A stretch of 64,000 bases of DNA from Klebsormidium nitens (lineage: Eukaryota > Plantae > Klebsormidiophyceae). The notes beneath the pieces were generated by a model that saw nothing but the letters and a program-made list of their open reading frames with translations, had not been told where the DNA came from and did no database searches. Shown here one piece after another: positions 1 to 11,928 of the stretch (positions are counted from its first letter, which is position 1; every line of letters starts with the position of its first letter). The stretch covers positions 186,001 through 250,000 of the forward strand of contig DF236988.1 in the NCBI GenBank assembly GCA_000708835.1, read 5' to 3'. The position numbers and the translations under genes are program-made.

Positions 1-3000
1 ATCACGTCCCCGGAAGCTGCCACCGTCTTCTTGGAGGGATGGAGGTGAGAAAAGACTTTCAGGCCGCTCCGAGATATGACCAGCATTTACATGTTTTTCG
101 AGCGAACAAACACATATTTGGACGTTTCTGAACGACATAAGGCAACGACTTTTCGGCAGATCAAACGCAAAACCAGACTCGCACTGATGACTCAATAGGG
201 TGGAATGATTTGCTACTTCTTCAAATCTACTCTGTGACATAAGTGCATGAGTCAGCGTTCCTTGCCAAGTAATCTGGAGCCCGTCTTTCGGAGCAGGGCC
301 TATCAGCTCGAAGCAGGGACTTCGTATTCTGCTATCTTAATTTTACCTGCATCCCTCGACATTCGTTTGCAGCCTCTCTTGTCGCTCACTCTATTCAAGT
401 TCAGTGCTGTCTTTCTACTGCAGGGCTGCGGGGCGACCAAAGGTCCGCCTGTCGGTTGTCGGAGCAGGCACTGGGACGGTCCTCGAGGAAGCGCCGGAAG
501 CGGACGATTTGCGGCCCGAGTTTACGCCGTCAAAAGGTAAGAAGTGCAGGCGCTGAAGAAGCGGGGGTCCACTTGTGTCGCTTTGACAGTTAGTATGAGC
601 TTCGACAGTTTCGTGCAAGAGTAGAAGACTAAGGTTGGCATGAAGAGTATGGGTTTAGCTGACGGCCTATCACAGAATCAGAGCGTTGATTGCTTTTGAA
701 GGTGAAGGAAACGTTCAAGATCCAGCGCCTTCTTGAGCTGCGCACGTTGTCTTTCTGTGCCCCGGCAGCCTTTCCGTAAAGCTCCACTTTGCAACAACCG
801 CAACCGCAACGCAACCGCACCGCCAACGAGGAGACTGTCGACTAATCTCTCTTCCTTTTGGTAGTTGCTGTAAATTCGGTAGAGTAGGTACGGCTTTTAC
901 CAATAGTTGTGCTTTAAAAATGTCAAGACGAGGCGCTAACTGGCAATCCACGGCTTTTAAGGATGACTTCGAGCCTACCAGAAAAGCCTTCCTCGGAGCC
1001 ATGGTTATCGATTGACCATCTCGGGTGCGCTTGTGTGCAGCAACGGCCAAGGTGTTGGCGGTTGAGATCCCCGAGCCACAACCCGGAAGTAGAGTGCTCT
1101 ATCCAGCCTCAGTCAAGGCCGGCAGCGACCTACGTAAGTTTTCCAACTCGCGCAATTGCCTGGACGCATCAGTCCGATCTTGTGGATTTGTAAAGCTTTG
1201 TCTTGAGTGTCGCTGCTTCCTCTTGGTGTACTAAGGTCTGAGAAAGCTCTTTTGGGCTGGGAGACCATGGACTGTGAAGCTTTTTCACAGACCATGTAAG
1301 ACGCTGATAAAAAGACGATGTACCGAGGCTCTCTTGAAGGCTTTTCTTTCTCCTGAGTAGCTTTGGACGAATCTGGACCCTCAGCCCGCAAGTCGTCGTC
1401 TCAAAAAAGTGCATTTTGACCCCTGGTTTCATTGGCCTCCGCAGAAGAAGGGCTTGAAGCACGAGGCTTTAAAGTCACGCGCCTAAACACCTATTCTACG
1501 GTGAGGCCTACAAATCCGACTTTCTGAGGGAGACGATACAAAAGAAAGCGCTGGCTCAATATTACTTTGGTCTGCTGGGGGAAGCCCTTCGCGGATAGCT
1601 CGACATTTGGGGCAGCCGCGCTTCTTTTCCGCTGTTTGACGGAATGGACGGTCCACCTTTGCTTGATTTACCGCTCAATGAGCCATTCGGATGTCTGCTT
1701 TCCTGCGACGAGCTCTATGGCGCGGCTGCCCACCTTTCACATAACCACTCGTGCCGTCTGGCTGCTCGGAAGATCTTCTAGAGAAGTTGCCTGGGAAGCA
1801 TCAGTGAGGGAATTCAGCGACTTCCCCTCAGCGGACGTAAGCGTCGGTGGCATCCAAGCACATCAATCATCCGACCGATGCCTTGTTGCTTGTTCCTTGC
1901 GCAGGAAACTGTTCGGACAGTTGACCCGAATGCACTGGCAGCTGCTGCAGACGCCCCGGTCGCCACCTTTGCCTCTCCGACTGCCGTCAAGTAAGGTCTC
2001 AATCCAATCTTGCCGCTCGAGTCTGAGCTCAATTGCTTTTGGTAGACATCGTCAGCCGCTCTCTCTCGATGACGAATTACCCGATCTTCAATTCTGGTTT
2101 TGGCCCTTGCATCATCGGTGTTAAGATGCCGTCGAATAGATCGAAGGGGTCCTCGGTTATATGTAGCTCGGGTGCTGCTGCTGACGTCCACAATTACTTT
2201 GCAAATGCTGGTGGACACTTCCAGAGCATTCCATGATGTCAGAGAGCAGAGTCGCAGTGTAACGCCTGGTTCAGAAGCACCACACGAAGTTGATTATTGC
2301 TCATTTCCAGGTCGAGCTGGTAAACTTCTTGTTGCTTTTGCGCCAGTGGTATCTGAAGCTTGAGATATTACTGCATTTTATTCCTCGCTCAGCGACTCCC
2401 AGATGACAGACACCACCGCACGTCTCCTGACAGTTAACGTTTCTCAAAGCTTGCTCCCGTTCCGGGCCTGGCGGCTCCTTAACTCCGCAATGTCTCCTTT
2501 GCAGAGCGTGGGTGGAACGTGTTTGTCAGGGGGACGTCAAGCGATGGAGCGGTGCGGCCGCGTGCATCGGAAACACGTCCGCAGTGGCAGCACGGAATGC
2601 GGGCCTGGACAAGATATACTTCCCGGACAGTCCAGGCATTGAGGGGTTAGTCGAAAGCTCCTTTCCTTACATGTTGCTGGCTTTCGATCTTGGACGTACT
2701 GCGCCTTGATGCTTCGTTCGGTGGCATCTCTCAACCTCAGCACCTTTTGTCCGATAGATTTCTGGAGCTCTTAGGAGAGAGAGCACGGCTATGCTGGGTA
2801 CCAGAAGCAACAGTGTTTGCAAGGGCTGAATGGAAGTCATCCGGATCTATGTTAAGGTCTGGTAGAGGCAAAGCGACCCCAATGAACCGTCTCTGATTAG
2901 CGGAAGTTGGACAGTGAGTTGCCACCCAGTCCCTGCAAGAAGCTCCACCTAGATCTCAGGACGCTCTGTAATAGTTACCGTATCCGGCGAACTCTTACCA

Positions 3001-5186
3001 GAATGATAGAGGCCGTAAACTGGTCGGTCTGCTTGGTCAAAGCTCTTGATCCACAATAAGTCGGGGAGATCGAATCGGTCTTCCGCTCGGTCAAGAAAGG
3101 ACGTCTGATCCCAAAGTTACAAAAGTCTATCTCATCCTTTTGAATACGAAAGAAGATTCTTCTTTGTGTGCAGGTGGGTCAGGAGCGTGCGTGAGGCGTT
3201 GTCGGCTGTTGAAACGTAGGGCCTTGTATTTCATCGTGCATACATTTTCTGAGCGCGACAGGCTTGCCTTCGTGCACGTTGTGTACCGCAAGACACTGCA
3301 ATCGTGTAATAGTAACTAAAGCCAATTTTGATAAAGTATAACCCTTTTAAAGGCCTTACTAGAGGCAGTAGAATCTTCTCGTCAGGATTCCATCACCTGA
3401 GTTGCTTCTAGAGACACGATGGAACGCGTCACTCCATGATGCTATGATATATAAAGGTGATGAGAATCCTTTGGTCCTCATTCTTCAGCTAGCAGTTGTC
3501 TGCCCTCATCATCTGAAAAAGCCTTCATCGCAGAATAGAAGTGTCTTCGTAGCTGCAAGGGTGTCACATGATCAATCTTCAATGCTCGTACTTCAGTGCT
3601 TCAAGCCCTTAAATATAGGTTTGACACTTCGACAGACGCCGTGCTGGTTAATCGTTCTTCCCGGGCATCATATGTACGAAGTATCCATCAGTTAATGAAG
3701 TGCTTACCCTATACTGTCTACTGAGCACAATCCATACATCATGCATAAATAGCGGGCAGCCGCGGCGCCGCGCCTGCGGTGGGAAGACAACTCTGTGTCT
3801 CCAACTTGATGGATTGTCCATGCCAGACAAAGCACCGACTTACCCTACATAAAGATCATACAATGGAGAGCAATTGAGAGCATGCTTGCTTGAAGATGTT
3901 GTCAATCATCAGAGCTAGGTGCCGTAGCCCAAGTCCTTCGTATCATCATTTGCATTGACATCATGGAGTGCGACCGCAATGCGCATGGCCATTGGCATAT
4001 GATTGAAGTACCGTAGCTGGGCAACTCAACTGATTATCGCAGTCTCGGACCTCGCCTCCAATCAAATTCATCTGCATATAATCCCGTGGACCATGTGGTT
4101 ATCAAGCCAGCCAATAGCGTGCCGCCTTCGCACGACTTTCCTTCAAATTTCGCGGGAGCCACTTTGAAAATTTCACAAGCATAGCACTGCTACTAGGACT
4201 AGTACGGTACAGGTATTAACCTAGGTAAGCAGAATGGGAACGGGCTTAGGTTATTACATTTATTTTGATCAGTGTACCTATTACCATGAAGCTGGCGCAG
4301 GCCTGGTGTCCTGCTACGTGTGGCCTATGAGTCATGATTGCGCACGACGGATTCAGCTTCATGAAACCGGCATTTGATTGGTGGTAGCTAAACGAGTGTC
4401 TATCAGAAGCTAGAGTGCTGATGCAAGAGGCCGCAAATGCACATTGCTGCAGTTTAGCGTGCGCTGCAGGTCGGTTTTGACAAGAGCGAGTCATATGATG
4501 GTAAGTTGCTTCTTCTCTGGCTGCCACATTATAGTTGAAGACGCGACTGCAGCACGAATTAGTTTCTGTTAGCGACATTGCTTTCTTCGTATGGGGCAGT
4601 AATGTGATGTGCTTAACTGGGGATCATGGGTGGTTGTTGCCGGCCCTGCATTTAGCATCTTGCAATGCACTGCCATCAGCAAAGTGACGGGACTATCCGA
4701 CAGGCGGTTTTACCTGTGTTTTATAGATCTCATTTCTCGTTCTGTTGCACACAATGGAGCTTGGAAGGCTGTCTTAACAATGATGCCGGCGAGCAATTTG
4801 TTCATTCTGCCACAACCCTCTCAGAGTCATGTGTCGGTCACAAAGATGACTTGCAGGATTTGGTGGCTGACTTCCATCACTTAGCTCATTGCTGCTGTCC
4901 TAAGCAGGCCACTTTTCGTGGAAACTTTCGATAGAAGTACACTTGCTTCAATGTGACAAGTTCACATAATGCTGAGAGGCCTTTCCAAGGGCCAGAGAAT
5001 CTATGTGCTTGAATCCTCTTTGAATGTTTCGTGGACGGTGACTGCTCACTGATCATAACCTGCTAACTACGTTTTTGCCTGGACCTCCTGAGTCGAGCCA
5101 TCTTGCTCATGCTGTGAGACATGGTCTCATGCTGGTGCTGGTCATATCTCCTTAACGACTCGACCGTCATTCTTTCCTCTTTGCAG

Positions 5187-5351
5187 GCCAGAGATGCCGC
5201 TGCTGCCGCATTGCTGCTTCAGCAGGGCAGTCAGTTCCAGGCAGCGCAGGAGTTTGCTTGGCTCGTTCGCTTTCTTTGCCCCTCTGGCAAGCGCATGACC
5301 AGGCAGCAGGAACAGGAGCTGTTACTGAGGCCCAGCAAAGAGTTCAAAAAG
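5187..5351 (+). other. Isolated exon-like segment (55 codons, phase 0/0), possibly a 5' exon of the downstream MYND gene
   Basis: Pyrimidine tract and ttgcag acceptor before 5187, open frame ARDAAAAALLLQQGSQF...RPSKEFKK, then AAG|GTGCGC donor. Link to other exons not established. Confidence 0.35.
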
Positions 5352-6719
5352 GTGCGCCGTTCTTCTTCTTCTGCCGCTGTTTTGGTGTCCAACAACATGA
5401 TTACGATATTGAAACTTTCGTTCCTTCAGCAATGTAAAACATGCTAGCTTGACACTTGGTATAAAAACGATTCGGAACCTGGTGGAGGGAACTTCTCGTG
5501 CAGTCTCTGGCCCTCAATCAGCTCTTGGCTTTCCTTGAGGCCACGTCACCAATCTGGCGAGGAGTCGTCCTCAACATAAAGTAGACCCAGTGGCACTGTG
5601 AAGTGCTGCCTTTTAGGAGGATGCAAAAGGGGGTGGGAGTATCCAGCCTAGTAGAATACTTTTGCTATTGAAAGGAGACTGAGCAGGCCTCTGAGTCACG
5701 CTGCGGCGTTGGGTGGCGCCAGTCAAGCATTCTGCACAATCTCAAGCAGAAGCTGCGCTACGTTGCCCTCATCATATCCAGTTCACATTTACAAGTTGGA
5801 ACTTGAACAGCAAACGCTGGCTCACCTGATGATGATCGTTGCTTGGACCGCGCAGATGTCTCTGGTTTTTGTTGAAGATGGTCTTGTAGAGCAAATAATG
5901 AAGTCACGACGGCTGCCTTATACTCCTGAATACCAGGGTTGCCACTCACGGTGTCTCGAACAGATTGTTGCCCGGCAAATAATCGTTTCTTTTTCCTTGC
6001 CAGCTGCGGAAGCTGACCGGAAGCACACCCGTATTGGAGGGCCTTCTACACACTCTCAATTACGAGAGCGATGCTGCATACCTCCTCTTGGACTGCATAC
6101 CCTTCCTGACGAGCGCCCCTGGCTTTGTAAAACAGGTGAAGCCTCCCTCTTCAACTCTACCCTCTATTCTCCATAATCAGAAGCTGCTTTATAAATTGTG
6201 CAAGGATTGAGACCTTGAGGTCTGGAGGCGTGCCAGTCTCTGCTCCCGTCTCGGTGACTTGCCTTCAACATGATGGCGGCTCTCTGATTTATGGCGGGCT
6301 GAACGGAGCTTGGCGTAAATGCACAACAGGACCTTGAAGAAACATGCCGGAGAGACGCCACCGCATACAAGTCTCGGCGCTCTCGTATGTCCTCAAAGGC
6401 TGTCCGTTCTGACGAGAAGGGAATCACATTCCAAAAATGCAAAAACCTCTGGCGATTGGTTGGGAGATTGTAAAACATGCTCCAGGAAACCTGCACGCAG
6501 CTCTTAACTTCGGGCGTACTCGTCAGAGTCACTGAGGCTTCAATCGCGAGTTGCTCTAGATGCACGCGATTGAACGGCTGACTGCTCTGCCAGAGGTAGT
6601 CGTCTGAATTCGGGCGTGAAAGTGACAGGGCACTCGGGCCCTTCAGACCGGCTTGAGATCTATTCTGCTTCAAATGCTTCTTAGCGCTCATCGCCTGCTG
6701 TTTAAGGGTTGGTTTTGAG

Positions 6720-7087
6720 GAGGCAAAAGTAGCACTCGCACCACCTACTTACCTTACCAGAGCTGAGAGGAAAACGAGGACGCTGAGTCGGTCTGCTTTC
6801 TTGCCCGCGTTTCGGGAACTCATATACACGACTAAGCTTTCTTACTACTCCTCGAGAAGGGCACTTCAGCGCTTTTACGAAACACTTGCGCTCTCAGAAG
6901 GTCAGAGGCAAAAGGTAGCACTCGCACCACCTACTTACCCTACCAGAGCTGAGAAGAGACCGAGGACGCTGAGTCGGTCTGCTTTTCTTGCCCGCGTTTC
7001 GGGAACTCATATACACGACTAAGCTTTCTTACTACTCCTCGAGAAGGGCACTTCAGCGCTTTCCACAACATGTGCGCTTCCTAGAAG
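6720..7087 (+). repeat. Direct tandem duplication, 2 x ~186 bp, covering an exon-like unit
   Basis: gaggcaaaa(g)gtagcactcgcaccacctacttacc...gagaagggcacttcagcgcttt occurs at ~6720 and ~6905 at high identity. The two ORF-track peptides starting MPAFRELIYTTK are 187 nt apart. Confidence 0.9.
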
Positions 7088-7168
7088 GTCCCTCACCACT
7101 CGTTCTAGCAGTGGTTACGCACTATCCTAGAAGGACGCATACTCATTCTCAATTTATTTTTCCCGCAG

Positions 7169-10100
7169 ATCGGCAGCTGCGGCTTGGCCGACGCCCTCCT
7201 CAACTGCAGCCGTTGGCTCTTTCCCCTCGTCTCTTCCCTCCATCCAACCAACCCACAACGAGCCCCTCCGCTCACTCCTTCCGACCTAAACCTCCTAGAG
7301 GCCGCGCACGCAATCCCCGGAATCATCACAGCCATCCTGGACCTCAGCGAAGAGTTCTACGCGCGCGCGCTGGAGGTGCGGCTCGTCTCGGCGATCATGG
7401 CCTTCTTTCCGTGGGGCGTTCCGCCGAGGGGCAGGCACAACGCGGAACGGAACACGTGGGGCGTGCGCACCGCGTTCCTGGTGGCGGAGGCGTTCAAGGC
7501 GTTCATCGACGATGCCGAGAAGGTGGCCCGCCTCCTGGGGTGCCACGTGGAGCTCACGGAGTGGCTGGTGCGTTTCGTCGACTTTCTGACCAAGTCCGCC
7601 GAGGCGCTCGTGCCGCGGGTGAAGTACGAGGAGCAACATCTGGAAATCCAAGACTCCGCGAAAGCCGTCATGGGAATGTTCAACTGCGCGAACGGGCACG
7701 CGCTTCTTGACCCCCCGAAGCTCCAGGAACTAGAGCGGGCGCTCGAGGCGCTCCTGCCGCACCTCGAGAAAGGCGCGCGGTTCCACGTGGACCTGTTTCT
7801 GACCAACGTGCACGGCCTGCGGCGAGTCGGACTCCCCGTAGAAACAATCACCAATGGAGCCGAGATCACCGACTTGACCCACGAGCTTCAATCTCTGGCG
7901 GTCCGCGCTTCGAAAGACCGGCGCGCAACCGACGCCCGACTCGATAACTTTTTCAGAAATTACAGGCTCCTGTCAGTAGCCTCTTCCCGGGACCTGGTTT
8001 CCCCGGAGCTGCTGAAAGTTCTCACGGCGGGTTTCGTAGACAAAGTCAAGGCCCCGGGCCGACTTTCCGAGGACTCGAAAGGCGTCCTCTCGGCGCTCAA
8101 AAACGCGCTGCGAGTCGCCCAAGGCGGGGGGATCGACCCCGAAGTGTTCGATGACGTGGCGCTCCCCTTGCTGCGACACGTGGAGCCCGCTCTTGACAAG
8201 CTCACCGGCATCGCGTTTCAGTCCCTTCTGGCGGGGCTGATAGAGTGCTACAAAGGGGGCAGCCCGCGGACGAGGCCCGCAAGAGTCTGGTCGCCGCTCC
8301 TGATGTCCATCATCGAATTGGACATCGACCAGGTTTCGATGCTCACGGCGTGGCACTTTCTCGCCGTCCTAGTTGGCGCCCGGACTTCGACGCCGCGCTG
8401 CTGAAATCGATCGCGGAGGACGGCGGCCCGAACGAGGCGCCGGTGCCGAGCCCGCGGCCGCTCGCGCACGCTGACGAGCGGCGCGCGCTCGCGAATGAGA
8501 TCGCGGCGAAGCAGCGCGGCCGCCTTTTCGCGCCGGCCTGGGTACTGGTTAGGCACCGTGTGGACTTCGGCGTTTCGGACGAGGACCGCTCCGAAGACGT
8601 CGCGGCCGTTCTGCTCTGGTGCTGCGCTGATTCCGGCCTCGTGGAGCGGAAGCTGCTCCCCAAGATCGGGCTCCTCGTCCGTATCCTCGCGCTTGCATAC
8701 GCACGGCTGGCCGAGATCTGCGGACGGGGCGCCACGTCCGAAGCCGCCCGGCGCCCCTGGCCGGACAAGTGCCGGACGCTCGCGGCGCTGCTGCGGATAG
8801 CGTTTGAGTCGACGGCCGGCAAACCCGCCGCGAGAAAGGCGCTAGTGGAAGAAATTTCGATCAACGGTGGGGTGAATTTATGTCGGGCGGTAACTAGGGG
8901 CGGGCGGCAGCCCGGGGACTTGAACCGGGAGTGGGCGGAGGCGGGCGATCTGCTGTGGGTGCCCGGGTTCCGAGCGCTGTGCGCGGAGCTGTGGGAGACG
9001 ATCGCGGCGCGATTTGGGTTGAAAGCGTGCAGTAAACCGGTGAGCCACTGGCCTTGATGCCATTACGACAATTCTTTCCTCTTCTTTTACAATTTTTCTG
9101 CACAGAATTACATATGTTAGAGCGTCAAATCTCTCAGATTGACACAAAAGATGACATGACTCTGCTTCCTGGTTAGAGCGCCAGATTCCCTGCTAAACAG
9201 CACTGAGGCCGTTCACTTTTTTTCCGTTGTGCCTGTGCTAGAGCTCTGGTCGAACCTTGAAAAGCACAGACCATTGTGTGCTGTCTCGTTGGGGAAGTGC
9301 TTCAGAGCAGAGTGCCTTGAAAAGCTTCCATCGCTTTTCGACCGTCCCAACGAAGCTGCTCTTGGATGCCCCTACCAACCTTCTTACCTTTCGTTAATAG
9401 GTTTTTCATTGCGCTTGTACCATCGCTGCATCCATTTCCCATCCTGCTTTCAGATATGTTTTGCATTCTTTTGGGGGCCATCGCTCCTTGGGGGTCTCGA
9501 ACTTTTCGCTGGGGCCTTTCCCCGTCTCCGAGCCTCATGACGATCGAGTCTGGCCCTCGAAAACTACCTGAAAGAAAGAAGCTCGGGCCCTCGGAACACA
9601 GGGACAACATGTTGTTTTCAACAGCGTGTTCAATACGTCCGCGAAAGAGAACACTGTATCGTCGACTTCCTTAAAGCTCGCGCCTAACGCATCGCAGACA
9701 AATGTTGACTCTACATTCAACGGGCTGGAAAAGAATTCGGCTCTTTTGACGTTCGCCGTGAAGTCTGCAAAGGTTTCGGTCTGAGTCCTTGGAGCTCTGT
9801 CCAGGTGTGCCGTCTCCTGGTCCCCTTCAGCTGCCCTGGTTGGGCGACACCTCCTACAAGAGTCTACGTCTGGAAATTACAGATTCTGTCAATGATCCAG
9901 TGTGCACCCTCAACGTCTGGGCTGACCTGTGCAGACCTGCTCGCGCGACCTGTACGAGACGAAGAAGAAGGAGTTCCACAAGTGCAGTGTCTGTGCGCAA
10001 GTCCAGTACTGCGGCAAAGAATGTCAGGTACGCTGGACTAAAACTTTTGCGGGGAACTTTCCTTATCTGCGAAGCTCGATAGGAAACATATGCCCTGGAA

Positions 10101-10491
10101 ACATGACTCCCGGCCGTCATGTCGGTATGGCGCCAGTTGGGACGGCGGCATTTCAGACTGACCAGCACTCTGCTTTGCAGCGCTAAGCATGAATAAAGGT
10201 GGAATGGTTCTGAACTTGGGCAATTGAAATGTAGGCCCCTCATTGCAGACTCGTGGGTCAGCAAGGGTTGGGCTGGCCGGCGTGATTAGATTTTGCCACT
10301 GCCGCTTCAGCGTGTGCTTGGCGTGTGAAAGATTGCCAATCAGAAGCCAGAGCTTTGCACAGCGGTGCAGAACGATCTGCCGTTGGCATGAAAAGGTTTC
10401 TTGTTGTTGCTTGCAGAAAGACCACTGGAAGGAGAGACATAAAAGGGACTGCCGGTCGACAACGGACGCTTCTGGGCGGCAACGTACGTAG
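7169..10491 (+). pseudogene. Large helical protein with C-terminal MYND zinc finger; one frameshift near 8375-8385 (pseudogene or assembly error)
   Basis: Exons 7169-9039 (frame change between ORFs 7184..8404 and 8245..9057), 9935-10027 and 10417-10491, with GT-AG sites. Spliced C-terminus CSKP|TCSRDLYETKKKEFHKCSVCAQVQYCGKECQ|KDHWKERHKRDC fits the MYND pattern. 5' end unresolved. Confidence 0.7.
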
Positions 10492-11928
10492 GTTTGTCCT
10501 GGTTTGTGTCCTGGCGCCAGAGCCTAAAACACAGCATTGAGATTATGACAGATGACAGGTGTTGCTGGTTAAGAATATTGTACAGCAGCGCAGACGAGCT
10601 AATTATGTCAAAGACGCGCGGCTACTGTCGTACGGTACTTTCAACGGTTCTGCGGCTAACGCCATGAGTTATGGTTATGGCGACATCCGACTCGCACGCG
10701 CTGAGCAGTAGGGAGTAGCCGACATTAATCACTTGTGGCAGTTGGAAGATTTCCGATCCTGCTCATTGTGGACAGAGACGTTTAGAATTCTAAGCTGAAG
10801 TCTCAGAATTCAATATAGTCTTTGATCGTGCATGCAAACGCTGACCCAATTGACTGATGCGGCATTTGGAAAAACTTCCTTTATGTAAGTAGGTTGCGGT
10901 GCAAACATCCCGCCACTTATTAAGCGACGAGATGTGATAGCCGGCTGACTTACGTTCTTGAGGCCATATTTAAGAGCCATCTTGCACTGGAACATGGACC
11001 GCCCGGCATGCTGAAGCAATAGTCCATGCAGACTCGGTCGAATCCAACCAACAAAATATTGTGTTCATGCATTGTGATGGTTTTGTAGGCCCAGCTGCAT
11101 AAACCCGCGGCTTGTACGCACGACGGTTGCAGGCGCGGCTGCTCGCATGCCATGTCGATCATGCGCCAAGATAGAACTAAACAAATTTTAGCTAAGCATC
11201 TGCTGGTCATACATAGAGAGCTCGCCAAAACGCGCGCCATGTGTATGCACAGGTTGAACTGAACACGTACATGGCTTTCATGAAGCACGCCCTGGGACTA
11301 AGTTGACGCGGTCCGCTCTGCGCTGCAACCGAATGCACGGGCAAAATTCAAAATGATCGCTCCGAAAGAGGGAACCTGCTCTTTGCTCTCAAACCCGGCG
11401 ACGAGCGCCTGCATGCTAACTATAGGCCGCCTAGAGTACCAGTGCTTTTCACTTACCTACTACACATAAGGCACCTTGTCCAACGTGGTCAGTAAGGCCG
11501 CCGGCTGGCAATCCGCACGATCATGCATGCAGGTCATGAACGTTGCTCGAGCTTCTGCCCTGCGTACCAAGCGGTACCCTATATTCGATTCTGGCCAGGA
11601 TGTTCAAGTGGTGCATGAGGTGAAGTTTCGTATCCGGGCCGTCACATACTTGCAGCCAGATACAAAATTTATATACCGTACTACTTGAAAGGGTGGTGGC
11701 TAACTTCTCCAAAACATGTTCGTCTGCTTAGGCAGACAAGCCCTGCGTAGTGCACATAATGCTTATATTCATATCCATTGTGCAGGCATGGGTGCGCGTG
11801 GATTGCAATTGAATCCACATTGGCGACTTTCACAACAGTTGGACTGCAAGAGGAACGGCCAAGTACTTTACAACATACACAGCATGGCCCTCCCCGAATG
11901 GCCGTCTGCCTCCTTTAGTACGCCTACG

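Noticed and set aside
790-830. (GCAACC)n-like microsatellite
   Set aside because: Short imperfect simple repeat with no further structure.
8333-8372. 40-nt GT-AG mini-intron as an explanation for the MYND-gene frameshift
   Set aside because: Removing it joins into the third frame, which stops within about 100 nt.
7295-8864. Multiple antisense and alternative-frame ORFs over GC-rich exons (also at 35104-35637 and 52067-52498)
   Set aside because: Shadow ORFs expected from GC3-rich coding sequence; no independent motifs or splice support.
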